Shown: in pieces, positions 33,495 to 42,448 of the stretch | Layout of the letters: every line of letters begins with the position of its first letter | Numbering within the stretch: the first letter of the stretch is position 1 | Source: an uncultured Oscillospiraceae bacterium | GTDB taxonomy: Bacteria; Bacillota; Clostridia; Oscillospirales; Oscillospiraceae | Reading direction: 5' to 3' | DNA: 64,000 nucleotides | Assembly: GCA_964454215.1 (NCBI GenBank) | Contig: CAYVSU010000001.1 | Coordinates: 22,238 to 86,237, forward strand | Notes under the pieces: generated by a model | What the model saw: only the letters and a program-made list of their open reading frames with translations | Databases searched by the model: none | Told to the model about the DNA's origin: nothing | Made by a program: the position numbers and the translations under genes

Positions 33495-34250
33495 ATGATT
33501 AAAAAATGGAAGGTGACAATACCGAAGCTCTCAGGTGAAAAGCCTCGTGTCGCCTATATTTATTTACCGAACAATTACGATAAGGATTCCAATCAGCGCT
33601 ATCCCGTTCTTTATATGTTTGACGGTCACAATGTATTCTTCGATAAGGACGCAACCTATGGCAAGTGCTGGGGTATGAAGGAATATATGCAGCGCGCAAA
33701 AAAGCAAATGATCATTGTTGCTGTAGAGTGCAACCATGAGGGCAATAAGCGATTGGTTGAATATTCTCCAGTTAATTTTGAAAATGAATATTTGGGCAAG
33801 GTTCGCGGTAAAGGCAATGTTTATATGAATTGGTTGGTCAATACACTTAAGCCCTATATCGACCAGCATTACCGCACATTGCCGGATCGGGAGCATACCT
33901 ACATTGCCGGCTCGTCTATGGGCGGACTGATGTCACTTTATGCCGTGTCTGCATACAACCATATATTCAGTAAGGCTGCCTGCCTTTCTCCCAGTTTATG
34001 GATCAATTTCAGCAAGGTAATGGAATTTATCGCAAAGACGAATTATCAGCCTGGAACCAACATCTTTATGGATTACGGTGAGTTAGAAATGTCGAATCAT
34101 TTTGCTTCTCAAGAAGCTCTGATTGCCGTATCCCACCTGCTTTTGGCAAAACGTGTAAATTTAACCTTGCGAATCTTACCAGACGGAGAACACAGCGAGG
34201 CATCCTGGGAGAGAGAAATTCCTATATTTATGGACTGCCTTGGAATGTGA
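33495..34250 (+). CDS. Alpha/beta hydrolase (putative esterase)
   Basis: RYPVLYMFDGHN, GSSMGG nucleophile elbow, EHSEASW. Confidence 0.9.
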   Translation: MIKKWKVTIPKLSGEKPRVAYIYLPNNYDKDSNQRYPVLYMFDGHNVFFDKDATYGKCWGMKEYMQRAKKQMIIVAVECNHEGNKRLVEYSPVNFENEYLGKVRGKGNVYMNWLVNTLKPYIDQHYRTLPDREHTYIAGSSMGGLMSLYAVSAYNHIFSKAACLSPSLWINFSKVMEFIAKTNYQPGTNIFMDYGELEMSNHFASQEALIAVSHLLLAKRVNLTLRILPDGEHSEASWEREIPIFMDCLGM

Positions 34251-34259
34251 GGAATTTAG

Positions 34260-35000
34260 ATGAAAATATCCTATTATAAACACTGGAGCGGACACTTAAA
34301 CCGCGAAATGGAGTTCAAAGTCTACGGTCACAGCGGAAAGCCTGTGCTGTTTATCCCTTGTCAGGGCGGCCGCTTCTTCGATTTTGAGAATTTTAAAATG
34401 ATCGATTACTGGGCAAAATGGATCGAGGAGGGGAGATGCACCGTCTACTCTGCCGATTGCATCGATAATGAAGCCTGGGCTGCTATAGGCGCTGACAATC
34501 GTTGGCGAATCGAGAATCACGAAAAATGGTACCACTATATCACAACGGAACTTGTGCCTTATATTCACCATCTGCAGGGTAACGACGGTGGAATCCTGAC
34601 CTTCGGGTGTTCAATGGGCGCAATGCACGCAGCCAATCTGTATTATCGCCGTCCGGATCTGTTTGATTCTATGTTTGCTATTTCCGGACTTTACGATTCT
34701 CACGAATTTTTTGGCGATTACTGCGATAATTTGGTATATAACAATTGTCCTTGCTATTACCTGGCCAACATATCCCAGGATCATCCTTATATGGAGCTTT
34801 ACAACAAGCAGAAGAGCCTGATTGTATGCGGTCAGGGTGCTTGGGAAGGTCCGTTGCTGGCGTCAACACGCTGGCTGGATACAGTTTGCTGTCAGAAGGG
34901 AATTGGTACTAAATTTGAATACTGGGGTTATGATGTGGATCACGACTGGCCCTGGTGGTTCAAAATGGTGGAAACCTACGTACCCTGGCTTGTAGATTAA
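34260..35000 (+). CDS. Esterase family protein
   Basis: YGHSGKPV, GCSMGA, DVDHDWPWW. Confidence 0.9.
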   Translation: MKISYYKHWSGHLNREMEFKVYGHSGKPVLFIPCQGGRFFDFENFKMIDYWAKWIEEGRCTVYSADCIDNEAWAAIGADNRWRIENHEKWYHYITTELVPYIHHLQGNDGGILTFGCSMGAMHAANLYYRRPDLFDSMFAISGLYDSHEFFGDYCDNLVYNNCPCYYLANISQDHPYMELYNKQKSLIVCGQGAWEGPLLASTRWLDTVCCQKGIGTKFEYWGYDVDHDWPWWFKMVETYVPWLVD

Positions 35001-35017
35001 AGAAAGAGAGAAATTTT

Positions 35018-36208
35018 ATGAAGAATTTTGTGTTTTTATCTCCGAATTTCCCCGAAACTTACTGGAAATTCTGTGCGGAACTGAAAAATAACGGTTTGCG
35101 TGTACTGGGAATCGGTGATTGTCCCTATGATCAGCTGAAGCAGGAGCTCCGTGACTCACTGCACGAATACTATAAGGTTAATAGCCTTGAAAACTACGAG
35201 GAAGTGTTTCGTGCAGTTGCATTTTTTACTTATAAATACGGCAAGATCGATTGGTTGGAATCCAACAACGAGTACTGGTTGATGCGGGATGCCAAGCTGC
35301 GCACGGAGTTCAATATTACTACCGGTTTTCAGAACGCAGATATGGATCGCATCAAGTTGAAATCCGGAATGAAGGCATATTACCAAAAAGCGGGACTCCC
35401 GGTTGCACGCTATCATTTGGTAAATGGCTTTGACGATGCTTTGGAATTCGCGCATAAAGTCGGTTATCCGGTGGTTGTAAAGCCGGATAATGGTGTTGGT
35501 GCGAACAACACCTACAAGCTGAAATGCGATGATGATCTGCGCTTTTTTATCGACCATAAGGATGATAACATCTACATTATGGAAGAATTTGTCAAAGGCC
35601 ACGTAGAAACATACGATGCAATCATCGATGCTAATGGCAATCCTGTGTTTGAATCTGGCAATGTGACACCACATTCTCTGATGGATGTCGTCAATAATGC
35701 GGAAGAAGCCCTTTACTATATCGTCAAAGAGTTGCCTGAGAAGATTTTGGATGCCGGACATCGAACGGTTGCGGCATTTGGCGTAAAAGGTCGGTTTGTA
35801 CATCTGGAGTTCTTCATTCTGGATGCAGATCAGGAAGGATTGGGCAGGGAAGGGGATGTGATTGGCCTGGAGGTCAATATGCGACCTGCCGGTGGCTTTA
35901 CCCCCGATATGTATAATTACGCTTATGACACAGACGTCTATAAGATTTGGGCGGATATGATTGCATTCAATCATTCCACGAAGAATCCTTACGAGTCCAG
36001 ATACTACTGCGCCTTCGTTGGCAGAAGAGACGGAAAGCAATACACGATGGATCACAATGCCATTATGTCTAAGTATGGTAGCCGTATGAAAATGGTTGGT
36101 AGAATCCCGGATGCGCTGGCTGACTGCATGGGCAATTTGATGTATGTTGCGAATATGCATACCAAAGAGGAACTGAACGAGTACTACAAAGATCTGCTTA
36201 GCTGCTGA
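35018..36208 (+). CDS. ATP-grasp domain protein
   Basis: GYPVVVKPDNGVGA, IMEEFV, HLEFF, LEVNMRPAGG. Confidence 0.9.
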   Translation: MKNFVFLSPNFPETYWKFCAELKNNGLRVLGIGDCPYDQLKQELRDSLHEYYKVNSLENYEEVFRAVAFFTYKYGKIDWLESNNEYWLMRDAKLRTEFNITTGFQNADMDRIKLKSGMKAYYQKAGLPVARYHLVNGFDDALEFAHKVGYPVVVKPDNGVGANNTYKLKCDDDLRFFIDHKDDNIYIMEEFVKGHVETYDAIIDANGNPVFESGNVTPHSLMDVVNNAEEALYYIVKELPEKILDAGHRTVAAFGVKGRFVHLEFFILDADQEGLGREGDVIGLEVNMRPAGGFTPDMYNYAYDTDVYKIWADMIAFNHSTKNPYESRYYCAFVGRRDGKQYTMDHNAIMSKYGSRMKMVGRIPDALADCMGNLMYVANMHTKEELNEYYKDLLSC

Positions 36209-36283
36209 TTTATTCAAATTGAGGATAAGGTCCCGGAGGGGAGGTAAGCCCTGAAAACCCTCCGGGACTACATATAAACTAAA

Positions 36284-36317
36284 CGAACGCAACAAAATAA
36301 AAATTTTGTTGCGTTCG
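36284..36317. repeat. Perfect 14-6-14 inverted repeat; candidate dif-like recombination site
   Basis: CGAACGCAACAAAA-TAAAAA-TTTTGTTGCGTTCG. The repeat is certain; the function is inferred. Confidence 0.6.
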
Positions 36318-36337
36318 CAGTCAAGATATGTTATAAT
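36309..36337 (+). promoter_or_regulatory. Extended -10 sigma-A promoter overlapping the inverted repeat
   Basis: TTGCGT-17-TATAAT with TG at the extended position. Confidence 0.6.
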
Positions 36338-36346
36338 ATAGTCAGG

Positions 36347-36973
36347 TTAATGGTTTATGGGTTCTTCCGGGGTCATTTTAGTCGTTTTGAGCCAATTTTT
36401 TGCCTCGGTCTGATCCAACTGTTTTTTCAGCTCATTGTAAAATATCGTTAGAATTGTTTTACCGCTGGCCGCCATTTGTTTCGCTTTTTCTGTATAAAAC
36501 AAATCGTACAGCTTAATAAGTTTTCTGTTATACTCTGTCAAAAATTCTTCCAGCGAGTAATTCATCTTTCCTTCATACTGCAGCGTGCGGCCAATTCCCA
36601 TTGCGCCGCAAACATCCAGCTTATCTGCATCGAACAGGATCTTTGCTTCTATGGTTTCCGGCTGCTGATCATTGCGGAATCGATGCGCTAATACGCAGTG
36701 TTTCACACACTGGCAGTATTCTTCGTCCCATTCCAGCTTTTGCAGGAATTCATATGCCATTTCGCTACCAATTTGCGCGTGACAAACGCCGGCATCCGCA
36801 AACTGCGCCGGTCTGCCAATATCGTGCAGCAAGCACGCTGCCACCAGTACATCTTCATTCATATCATAGTCCCGTGCGATAATCAGCACTTGATTCAGAA
36901 CCCTATAGATATGATCCGCATCGTGTGCAGAATCACCTGCGTTTTGCAGCATATACCGTTCAATTTCGTTCAA
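36347..36973 (-). CDS. HD domain phosphohydrolase
   Basis: SAHDADHIYRV, LLHDIGR, AHRFR, LFDADKLD; weak TTG start. Confidence 0.85.
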   Translation of the reverse strand: MNEIERYMLQNAGDSAHDADHIYRVLNQVLIIARDYDMNEDVLVAACLLHDIGRPAQFADAGVCHAQIGSEMAYEFLQKLEWDEEYCQCVKHCVLAHRFRNDQQPETIEAKILFDADKLDVCGAMGIGRTLQYEGKMNYSLEEFLTEYNRKLIKLYDLFYTEKAKQMAASGKTILTIFYNELKKQLDQTEAKNWLKTTKMTPEEPINH

Positions 36974-37039
36974 ATGTTCTTTTTACTATATTCACCTATT
37001 CTCGCAATTTTGTTCGTATTTAAATTCAGGAGGTAAATT

Positions 37040-38044
37040 ATGCAGCGTTATCAAGATTGTCCTCAGGTTTTGCGGGATTTCTTGACCTATCACGAGACCA
37101 TCAAAGGTCAGTCCCAACGAACCATTTCCGAATATTATCTGGATCTTCGGATGTTCTTTCGCTTTATGAAACTGATGCGAAATGATATGCCGATCAACAC
37201 CCGCTTGGATGATATTGACATTAAGGATGTGGATCTGAATTTTATCCGTGAGATCACAACTTCGGATATTTTTGATTTTCTATCCTATCTTGCCAACGAC
37301 AGAACACCCAATCCTGATTCTTTAGCGCCGGAATACGGTATCTCCCCTACCGCCCGAGCCCGGAAGCTGTCTGCGCTGAAGTCCTTCTATAAATATCTTA
37401 CTGTAAGAACGAAACAATTGCAAGAAAATCCTGTTGCTGATTTGGAATACCCAAAATTACGAAAAAGCTTGCCAAAATACCTGACTTTGGAGCAATCTGC
37501 CGCACTTTTAAAGGCAGTTTCTGGGCAAAACCAAGCGCGGGACTATGCAATTCTGATGTTATTTTTGAATTGCGGTATCCGCCGGAGTGAATTAGTTGGC
37601 TTAAATCTGACAGATGTATATGAAGACCGAATCCGGGTAGTCGGCAAGGGCAACAAGGAGCGATTTGTCTATTTTGGTTCTGCCTGCTGCAAGGCCATCG
37701 ACGCTTACCTGCCGGAGCGTCAGAAAAAGGTGCTGACGGACAATCGGGCGCTGTTTGGCTCCCGGAATGGCAACAGAATCAGTGTGGATGCGGTCCACGC
37801 GCTGGTAAAGAAGTCTTTGCTGAAGGCGGGGTTGGATGCTACCCAGTTTTCCGCTCACAAACTGCGCCATACTGCCGCAACAATGATGCTCTCCGGGGGC
37901 GTAGATGTGAAAACGGTACAGGAAGTGCTGGGCCACGAAAACCTGAACACTACCCAAATCTACACCCACATTGAAAACACGGAGCTTAAGATCGCAGCAG
38001 AGGCCAATCCCCTGTCCAAATTGGATTTTACTGAAGATGAATAA
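37040..38044 (+). CDS. Tyrosine recombinase, XerC/XerS-like
   Basis: Catalytic R (GIRRSEL), K (GKGNKER), HxxR (AHKLRH), H (LGHE), Y (TQIYTH). Confidence 0.92.
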   Translation: MQRYQDCPQVLRDFLTYHETIKGQSQRTISEYYLDLRMFFRFMKLMRNDMPINTRLDDIDIKDVDLNFIREITTSDIFDFLSYLANDRTPNPDSLAPEYGISPTARARKLSALKSFYKYLTVRTKQLQENPVADLEYPKLRKSLPKYLTLEQSAALLKAVSGQNQARDYAILMLFLNCGIRRSELVGLNLTDVYEDRIRVVGKGNKERFVYFGSACCKAIDAYLPERQKKVLTDNRALFGSRNGNRISVDAVHALVKKSLLKAGLDATQFSAHKLRHTAATMMLSGGVDVKTVQEVLGHENLNTTQIYTHIENTELKIAAEANPLSKLDFTEDE

Positions 38045-38046
38045 TC

Positions 38047-38073
38047 ACTGCGAGGGGAATCTCCCCTCGCAGT
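38047..38073. terminator. Hairpin after recombinase
   Basis: ACTGCGAGGGGA/TCCCCTCGCAGT. Confidence 0.75.
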
Positions 38074-38222
38074 AAAATTTTCAGTATACCATATTGAACT
38101 ATTATATCCTACTGTATATATCCTTTCAATCTACAAAGTGGACATTTTTCTGCAACTGTTCGGAGAATATATCACCCGTTTTACCAAAGCATAAGGGGCA
38201 GCGTGTGCTGCCCTTTCCTTAT

Positions 38223-39254
38223 TTATGTATCCTGCTTCTTTTTTAAGCGGGAAATTTCACGGCGGATAACATCCGCAGACTCGCCCTCCGTAAAGTGCCA
38301 CTCCTTGTCGCAAACCTCAAGATCTTCCTCTAAAGTGGCTATAGCCGCGCTGTAATTTCCAATCCGCTCGTAAAACTGCGCTAAGGCTTCAAAGGGATCT
38401 GTATATCTGGGCGCTTTCTGAATATCAATGGCCTTGCGATAGTATTCTGCGACCTTATCGATCTGTCCATCCCGAAGCAAAAAGTCACCGATATTGTGGT
38501 AAACGCACCATTCATCGGGGAATTTTTGTTCCATTTCTTCCCAAATCGCAAAGGCTTCTTTGCGATTTCCCTCTTGCCATGCGATTTTTCCCCGGTACAG
38601 TAAAACCCGGTAGCTCTGATCAATTTCTGCATATTTGGCGCAGTAGGACTTTGCTTCCTCAATTCGGTAGTCATCAATCAGTTGATTTATGATGTCCATA
38701 TATGCGTTCTTACACTCCGGGTGTTCCTTGATATAGCCTTCAAAAAAATCAATGAGGGCATAATGACTAGCGCCGTTCCAATCCACGATTTTGCCCTGCA
38801 TTCCGTAGATCAGTTCACCATACGCGTAGCGCAGTGTAGGATCCCGGCGAAGGGCTTCCATGGCGTATTCCGCTGCTTTGGACTGGTGTTCCCGGGCAAT
38901 ATGATTTTCCATATCTGCCAGCAATTCGTGGGGTCTGCCGTTATTGGGTTCCCGCTTTGCTTTCTCCAGAAGAAACTCCCGGGATGCATCCACATCTACT
39001 TGCTGGAGATATCGGACATCCCATAGTATGTTTTGGATCCGTTCCATCCGCGTTTCGTCCGAAAGCGCAAACAATTCATCGATTGTCACGCCAAAATAGG
39101 CAGAGATATCCGGCAGTAGGGCAATATCAGGCGCTGCAACTCCCCTTTCCCACTTACTGACAGCCTGTGCTGTGACACCAAGGCGCTGCGCCATATCTTC
39201 CTGAGTAAAGCCTCTGCGTTGACGCAGATCCTTAATTTGTTTTCCGATTTCCAT
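38223..39254 (-). CDS. XRE-family HTH regulator with TPR repeats
   Basis: TQEDMAQRLGVTAQAVSKWERG followed by helical TPR-like repeats. Confidence 0.88.
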   Translation of the reverse strand: MEIGKQIKDLRQRRGFTQEDMAQRLGVTAQAVSKWERGVAAPDIALLPDISAYFGVTIDELFALSDETRMERIQNILWDVRYLQQVDVDASREFLLEKAKREPNNGRPHELLADMENHIAREHQSKAAEYAMEALRRDPTLRYAYGELIYGMQGKIVDWNGASHYALIDFFEGYIKEHPECKNAYMDIINQLIDDYRIEEAKSYCAKYAEIDQSYRVLLYRGKIAWQEGNRKEAFAIWEEMEQKFPDEWCVYHNIGDFLLRDGQIDKVAEYYRKAIDIQKAPRYTDPFEALAQFYERIGNYSAAIATLEEDLEVCDKEWHFTEGESADVIRREISRLKKKQDT

Positions 39255-39358
39255 AATCTAATCTCCTTCATAATGCATTCCGGGCCCGTTATGTTGATCA
39301 TAATGGGCCCGGATTTATTTTGCAATGGCGGGGATTTTGAGACGACTAAACCGTTGGT

Positions 39359-40210
39359 TTACTTCAGAATTTGCTCGGCAAGGTTCAATGCTTTTTGGCG
39401 ATAACTTTGGAATCGTAACTGATCTGCATCGGGATAGCGATTGCCAAGATAGACCCACTCGCAGTACTCATAGAGCAGGCACAAATCAAGATGCCGACGG
39501 TAGGAACCATAGGGCACTCCCCTGCCCTTTATGAAGTTTTCAAAATAATAGTCGATAGCAAACCGCTTGTCCGTCTCTTTCATAAAGAAGAAGGCGTCAT
39601 TTTCTTCCGTAGTATGGGCGATCAGCCGCGCAAGAGATGTAGGATACGGCAGAATGCCTGCCACTTCCCAATCAATAAACACGGCATTACGATCATTCAC
39701 GATCACATTAAAAGGCAGCAGATCATCGTGGCAAAGTGTCCGTGGAAGTTCGGAAAATACCTTTAAAAATACATTATACGCCTAATCCAAACGCGGATCA
39801 TTCAAATATTCACCACGATTAACCCGACCTTCCAGCGCCTTCTCAAAGCTGCGCAGAGAATCTTCTGCTTGCCAAAAACGGCTTTCCATATCGATCAGAC
39901 TGTTCAGTGCGGAACGAAGATTCTCCCGGGTGCATCGCATCAGATTGACACCCGAAATATGCGCCATCAATAAATATTCATTGTCGTCAACGACTGCACT
40001 GGCAAAGAGTTGCGGTGCAAAACTGCAAGGTTCTCGGAAATAACAGCGGTAGTTTGCGGACTCATTCGCTTTTGCCTGCTTTAGTACATAGCTGCGCTCG
40101 GGGTAATCCAAACGCCAGACATTGTAGCCTTCTCCGTCCTCTTCACTGCGGAACCGAGAAACCGCAAGCGGCTTGGGATAACCCATTTGATCTAAAATTT
40201 TATGTACCAT
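39359..40210 (-). pseudogene. APH/choline-kinase-like phosphotransferase interrupted by one in-frame TAG
   Basis: The two track ORFs share a frame; TAG at 39782-39784 precedes the CHDDLLPFNV and FIDWE kinase motifs. Confidence 0.8.
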
Positions 40211-40211
40211 T

Positions 40212-41573
40212 TTACATTGCCGTTTCGATGGCTTCCCGGATGTTTCTCACCTTATAAACGGTCAAACCTACGGGAATTTCCAACTTCTCAGAGCCATATT
40301 TGGGGATAATGCATTTTTTAAAGCCTAATCTTGCCACTTCAGCAAGACGCTGATTCATATGCGAGACGCTGCGGATCTCGCCGGTCAGTCCCACTTCACC
40401 GATAGCAACCAGATCGTCAGCGATCACAGCGTCCCGGTAAGAAGATGCCACTGCCAGCACCACCGGCAGATCAGCCCCCGGTTCGTCCAGCCGCAGGCCA
40501 CCAATGACATTAATGTAAGCATCAAACAGACTCAGTTTCATACCGCCCCGCTTTTCCGCAACTGCCAAAAGCAGTGCCGCGCGGTTAAAATCAAAGCCGT
40601 CAGCCGTCCTGCGTGGAACGTTGAAACTGGTCTTGGAAACCAACGCCTGCACCTCGGCCAAAATGGGCCGCGTGCCCTCCATCACGCAAGCAACACAAGT
40701 TCCGGACGCACCTTCCGGGCGGCCTTCCAGCAGCATCTGGGAGGGGTTCGGCACTTCGATCAATCCACAATCGCCCATTTCAAATACACCGATCTCATTG
40801 GTAGAGCCAAAGCGATTCTTCGCCGCCCGGAGCAGACGATAAGAGGAATTAGGGTCGCCCTCAAAGTACAGCACGCAGTCCACCATATGTTCCAGCACCT
40901 TCGGGCCTGCAATATTACCGTCTTTATTGATGTGTCCCACAACAAAAACAGTGATTCCTTCCTGCTTGGAAAGCTGCATCATCGTCATTGTGCAGTCTTT
41001 CACCTGGGAAACGCTGCCAGGCGCGGATTCATTTTCCTCATTATAAAGGGTTTGGATGGAGTCCACGATCAAAATGTCCGGTTTCGTTTCTTCCACTGCT
41101 TCCACAACATCAGAAAGCCGTGTTTCGGACAAAATCAAAAGGCAATCAGAGCTGACTCCCAGCCGCTGTGCCCGGAGCTTCAGCTGCCGCTCACTTTCCT
41201 CGCCGGAAATGTACAGCACGCTCCGCTCAGCACAAATTTGCTGACAGATCTGCAGCAAGAGAGTGGATTTACCGATTCCCGGCGCACCGCCTACGAGGAC
41301 GAGGCTGCCTGCTACAGCACCGCCGCCCAAAACTCGATCCAGTTCACCCATTCCGGTGAAAAAGCGGATCTCATCACCGCTGTCGACCTGGGATATGCGT
41401 TGCGGCTTACGGCTGAGACCAGTAGGCGCTACCTTTGCTCTGCCGGCAGCGGCTGGCTTTTCAATGTGCTCCTGCATCGTATTGAACGCGCCGCAACCGG
41501 GGCAGCGACCCATCCACTTTGGGGTCTCCGCGCCGCAATTGGTGCAGAAAAAGACGGTTTTCGCTTTCGCCAT
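40212..41573 (-). CDS. radA: DNA repair protein RadA/Sms
   Basis: C4 Zn finger, GAPGIGKST, KNRFG; promoter TTGACG-17-TATAAT at 41606-41634. Confidence 0.97.
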   Translation of the reverse strand: MAKAKTVFFCTNCGAETPKWMGRCPGCGAFNTMQEHIEKPAAAGRAKVAPTGLSRKPQRISQVDSGDEIRFFTGMGELDRVLGGGAVAGSLVLVGGAPGIGKSTLLLQICQQICAERSVLYISGEESERQLKLRAQRLGVSSDCLLILSETRLSDVVEAVEETKPDILIVDSIQTLYNEENESAPGSVSQVKDCTMTMMQLSKQEGITVFVVGHINKDGNIAGPKVLEHMVDCVLYFEGDPNSSYRLLRAAKNRFGSTNEIGVFEMGDCGLIEVPNPSQMLLEGRPEGASGTCVACVMEGTRPILAEVQALVSKTSFNVPRRTADGFDFNRAALLLAVAEKRGGMKLSLFDAYINVIGGLRLDEPGADLPVVLAVASSYRDAVIADDLVAIGEVGLTGEIRSVSHMNQRLAEVARLGFKKCIIPKYGSEKLEIPVGLTVYKVRNIREAIETAM

Positions 41574-41611
41574 CTATCCATCAGCTCCTTTATTTCTATG
41601 CCAATATTATA

Positions 41612-42331
41612 TCAATCATTTGTTTGCCCGTCAAGTAGGAAGCAATCTACAGTCGCAGCAATCACACAGCAGAGCTTTTTTTGATATTCCGGATCTCTGA
41701 GTTTTGCTTCTTCCGTCGGATTCGAAATAAAGCCGCACTCCACCAGCACACCGGTGCAGTCAATATTCTGCATCAGATATACTCCGTCGGCCTTTTTGCA
41801 ATTTCGCTTGCTGCCGGGATTCACCGTCGATACAAAGGCGCTCTGCAGCTGCTCAGCCAGCTGCTGGCTTCCCTTCCCTGCCGCGTAAAAAACCTGAGCG
41901 CCGTTGTACTGGCTGCTGGGGTAGGTATTTTGGTGGATGCTTATTAGAACGGCGTTATCCGTACTGTTTACGATCCTGACGCGTTCTTTCAGATCAGACA
42001 CCTTTTTCGCGGCAATGGTCTCCCCTTCCGTATAGACAGAAACATCTGTTGTGCGGATCATAACTGTCTGATAGCCCAGCAGGTGCATAAGTTCTTCCAG
42101 ACGCAGAGCGATCTGCAGATTCAGTTGCTTTTCCAAAACGCCACTGCAGGACGTTGCACCGCCGTCTACGCCACCGTGACCTGCATCGATGATAATGGAG
42201 TGCTCCCGGATAACCGGGGCGCTCTGCGCCACTGTGGTCACGGCAGAGCTTCCGCCGTGGGCAATGCCGATGAATAAAATAGCAACCAGCAAATAAAACG
42301 GTATAAAGCCAACCCAATTATCACGCTTCAT
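41612..42331 (-). CDS. cwlD: N-acetylmuramoyl-L-alanine amidase (CwlD-like)
   Basis: IIDAGHGG.DGG, KKVSDLKER, SIHQN, GAQVFY, LVECGFISN; SigE-like CATAGGAT upstream. Confidence 0.8.
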   Translation of the reverse strand: MKRDNWVGFIPFYLLVAILFIGIAHGGSSAVTTVAQSAPVIREHSIIIDAGHGGVDGGATSCSGVLEKQLNLQIALRLEELMHLLGYQTVMIRTTDVSVYTEGETIAAKKVSDLKERVRIVNSTDNAVLISIHQNTYPSSQYNGAQVFYAAGKGSQQLAEQLQSAFVSTVNPGSKRNCKKADGVYLMQNIDCTGVLVECGFISNPTEEAKLRDPEYQKKLCCVIAATVDCFLLDGQTND

Positions 42332-42385
42332 ATGGACAACACCTCTGTGTATCCTATGCACCGCCATTTTGGTGTATTACCATAG

Positions 42386-42416
42386 AAAAACCGCGGCAGG
42401 TTTGCCCTGCCGCGGT
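42386..42416 (-). terminator. Intrinsic terminator
   Basis: ACCGCGGCAGG/CCTGCCGCGGT with T-run on the - strand. Confidence 0.8.
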
Positions 42417-42448
42417 AATGTTAGGGAAATATTCTGTTTCGGTCAGAA

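Noticed and set aside
35156..36295. Long antisense ORFs (also 40359-41684, 44193-45176, 25990-26949, 59736-60620)
   Set aside because: They lie opposite well-supported genes and have no recognisable motifs; typical codon-bias shadows.
36284..36317. Palindrome as merely a terminator or LexA box
   Set aside because: No T-tract after the stem on the + strand, a separate hairpin already follows the upstream operon (36230-36268), and the spacing is not GAAC-N4-GTTC. A terminator role for the HD gene is still possible.
38082..38114. CAGTATACCATAT-TGAACTA-TTATATCCTACTG as a canonical XerCD dif
   Set aside because: Needs a 7-bp core and matches the XerD arm poorly; better explained as a reverse promoter, though not fully excluded.
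41613..41626. SOS-box-like CAAACAAATGATTG in the radA promoter
   Set aside because: Three mismatches to CGAAC-N4-GTTCG; too weak to call.
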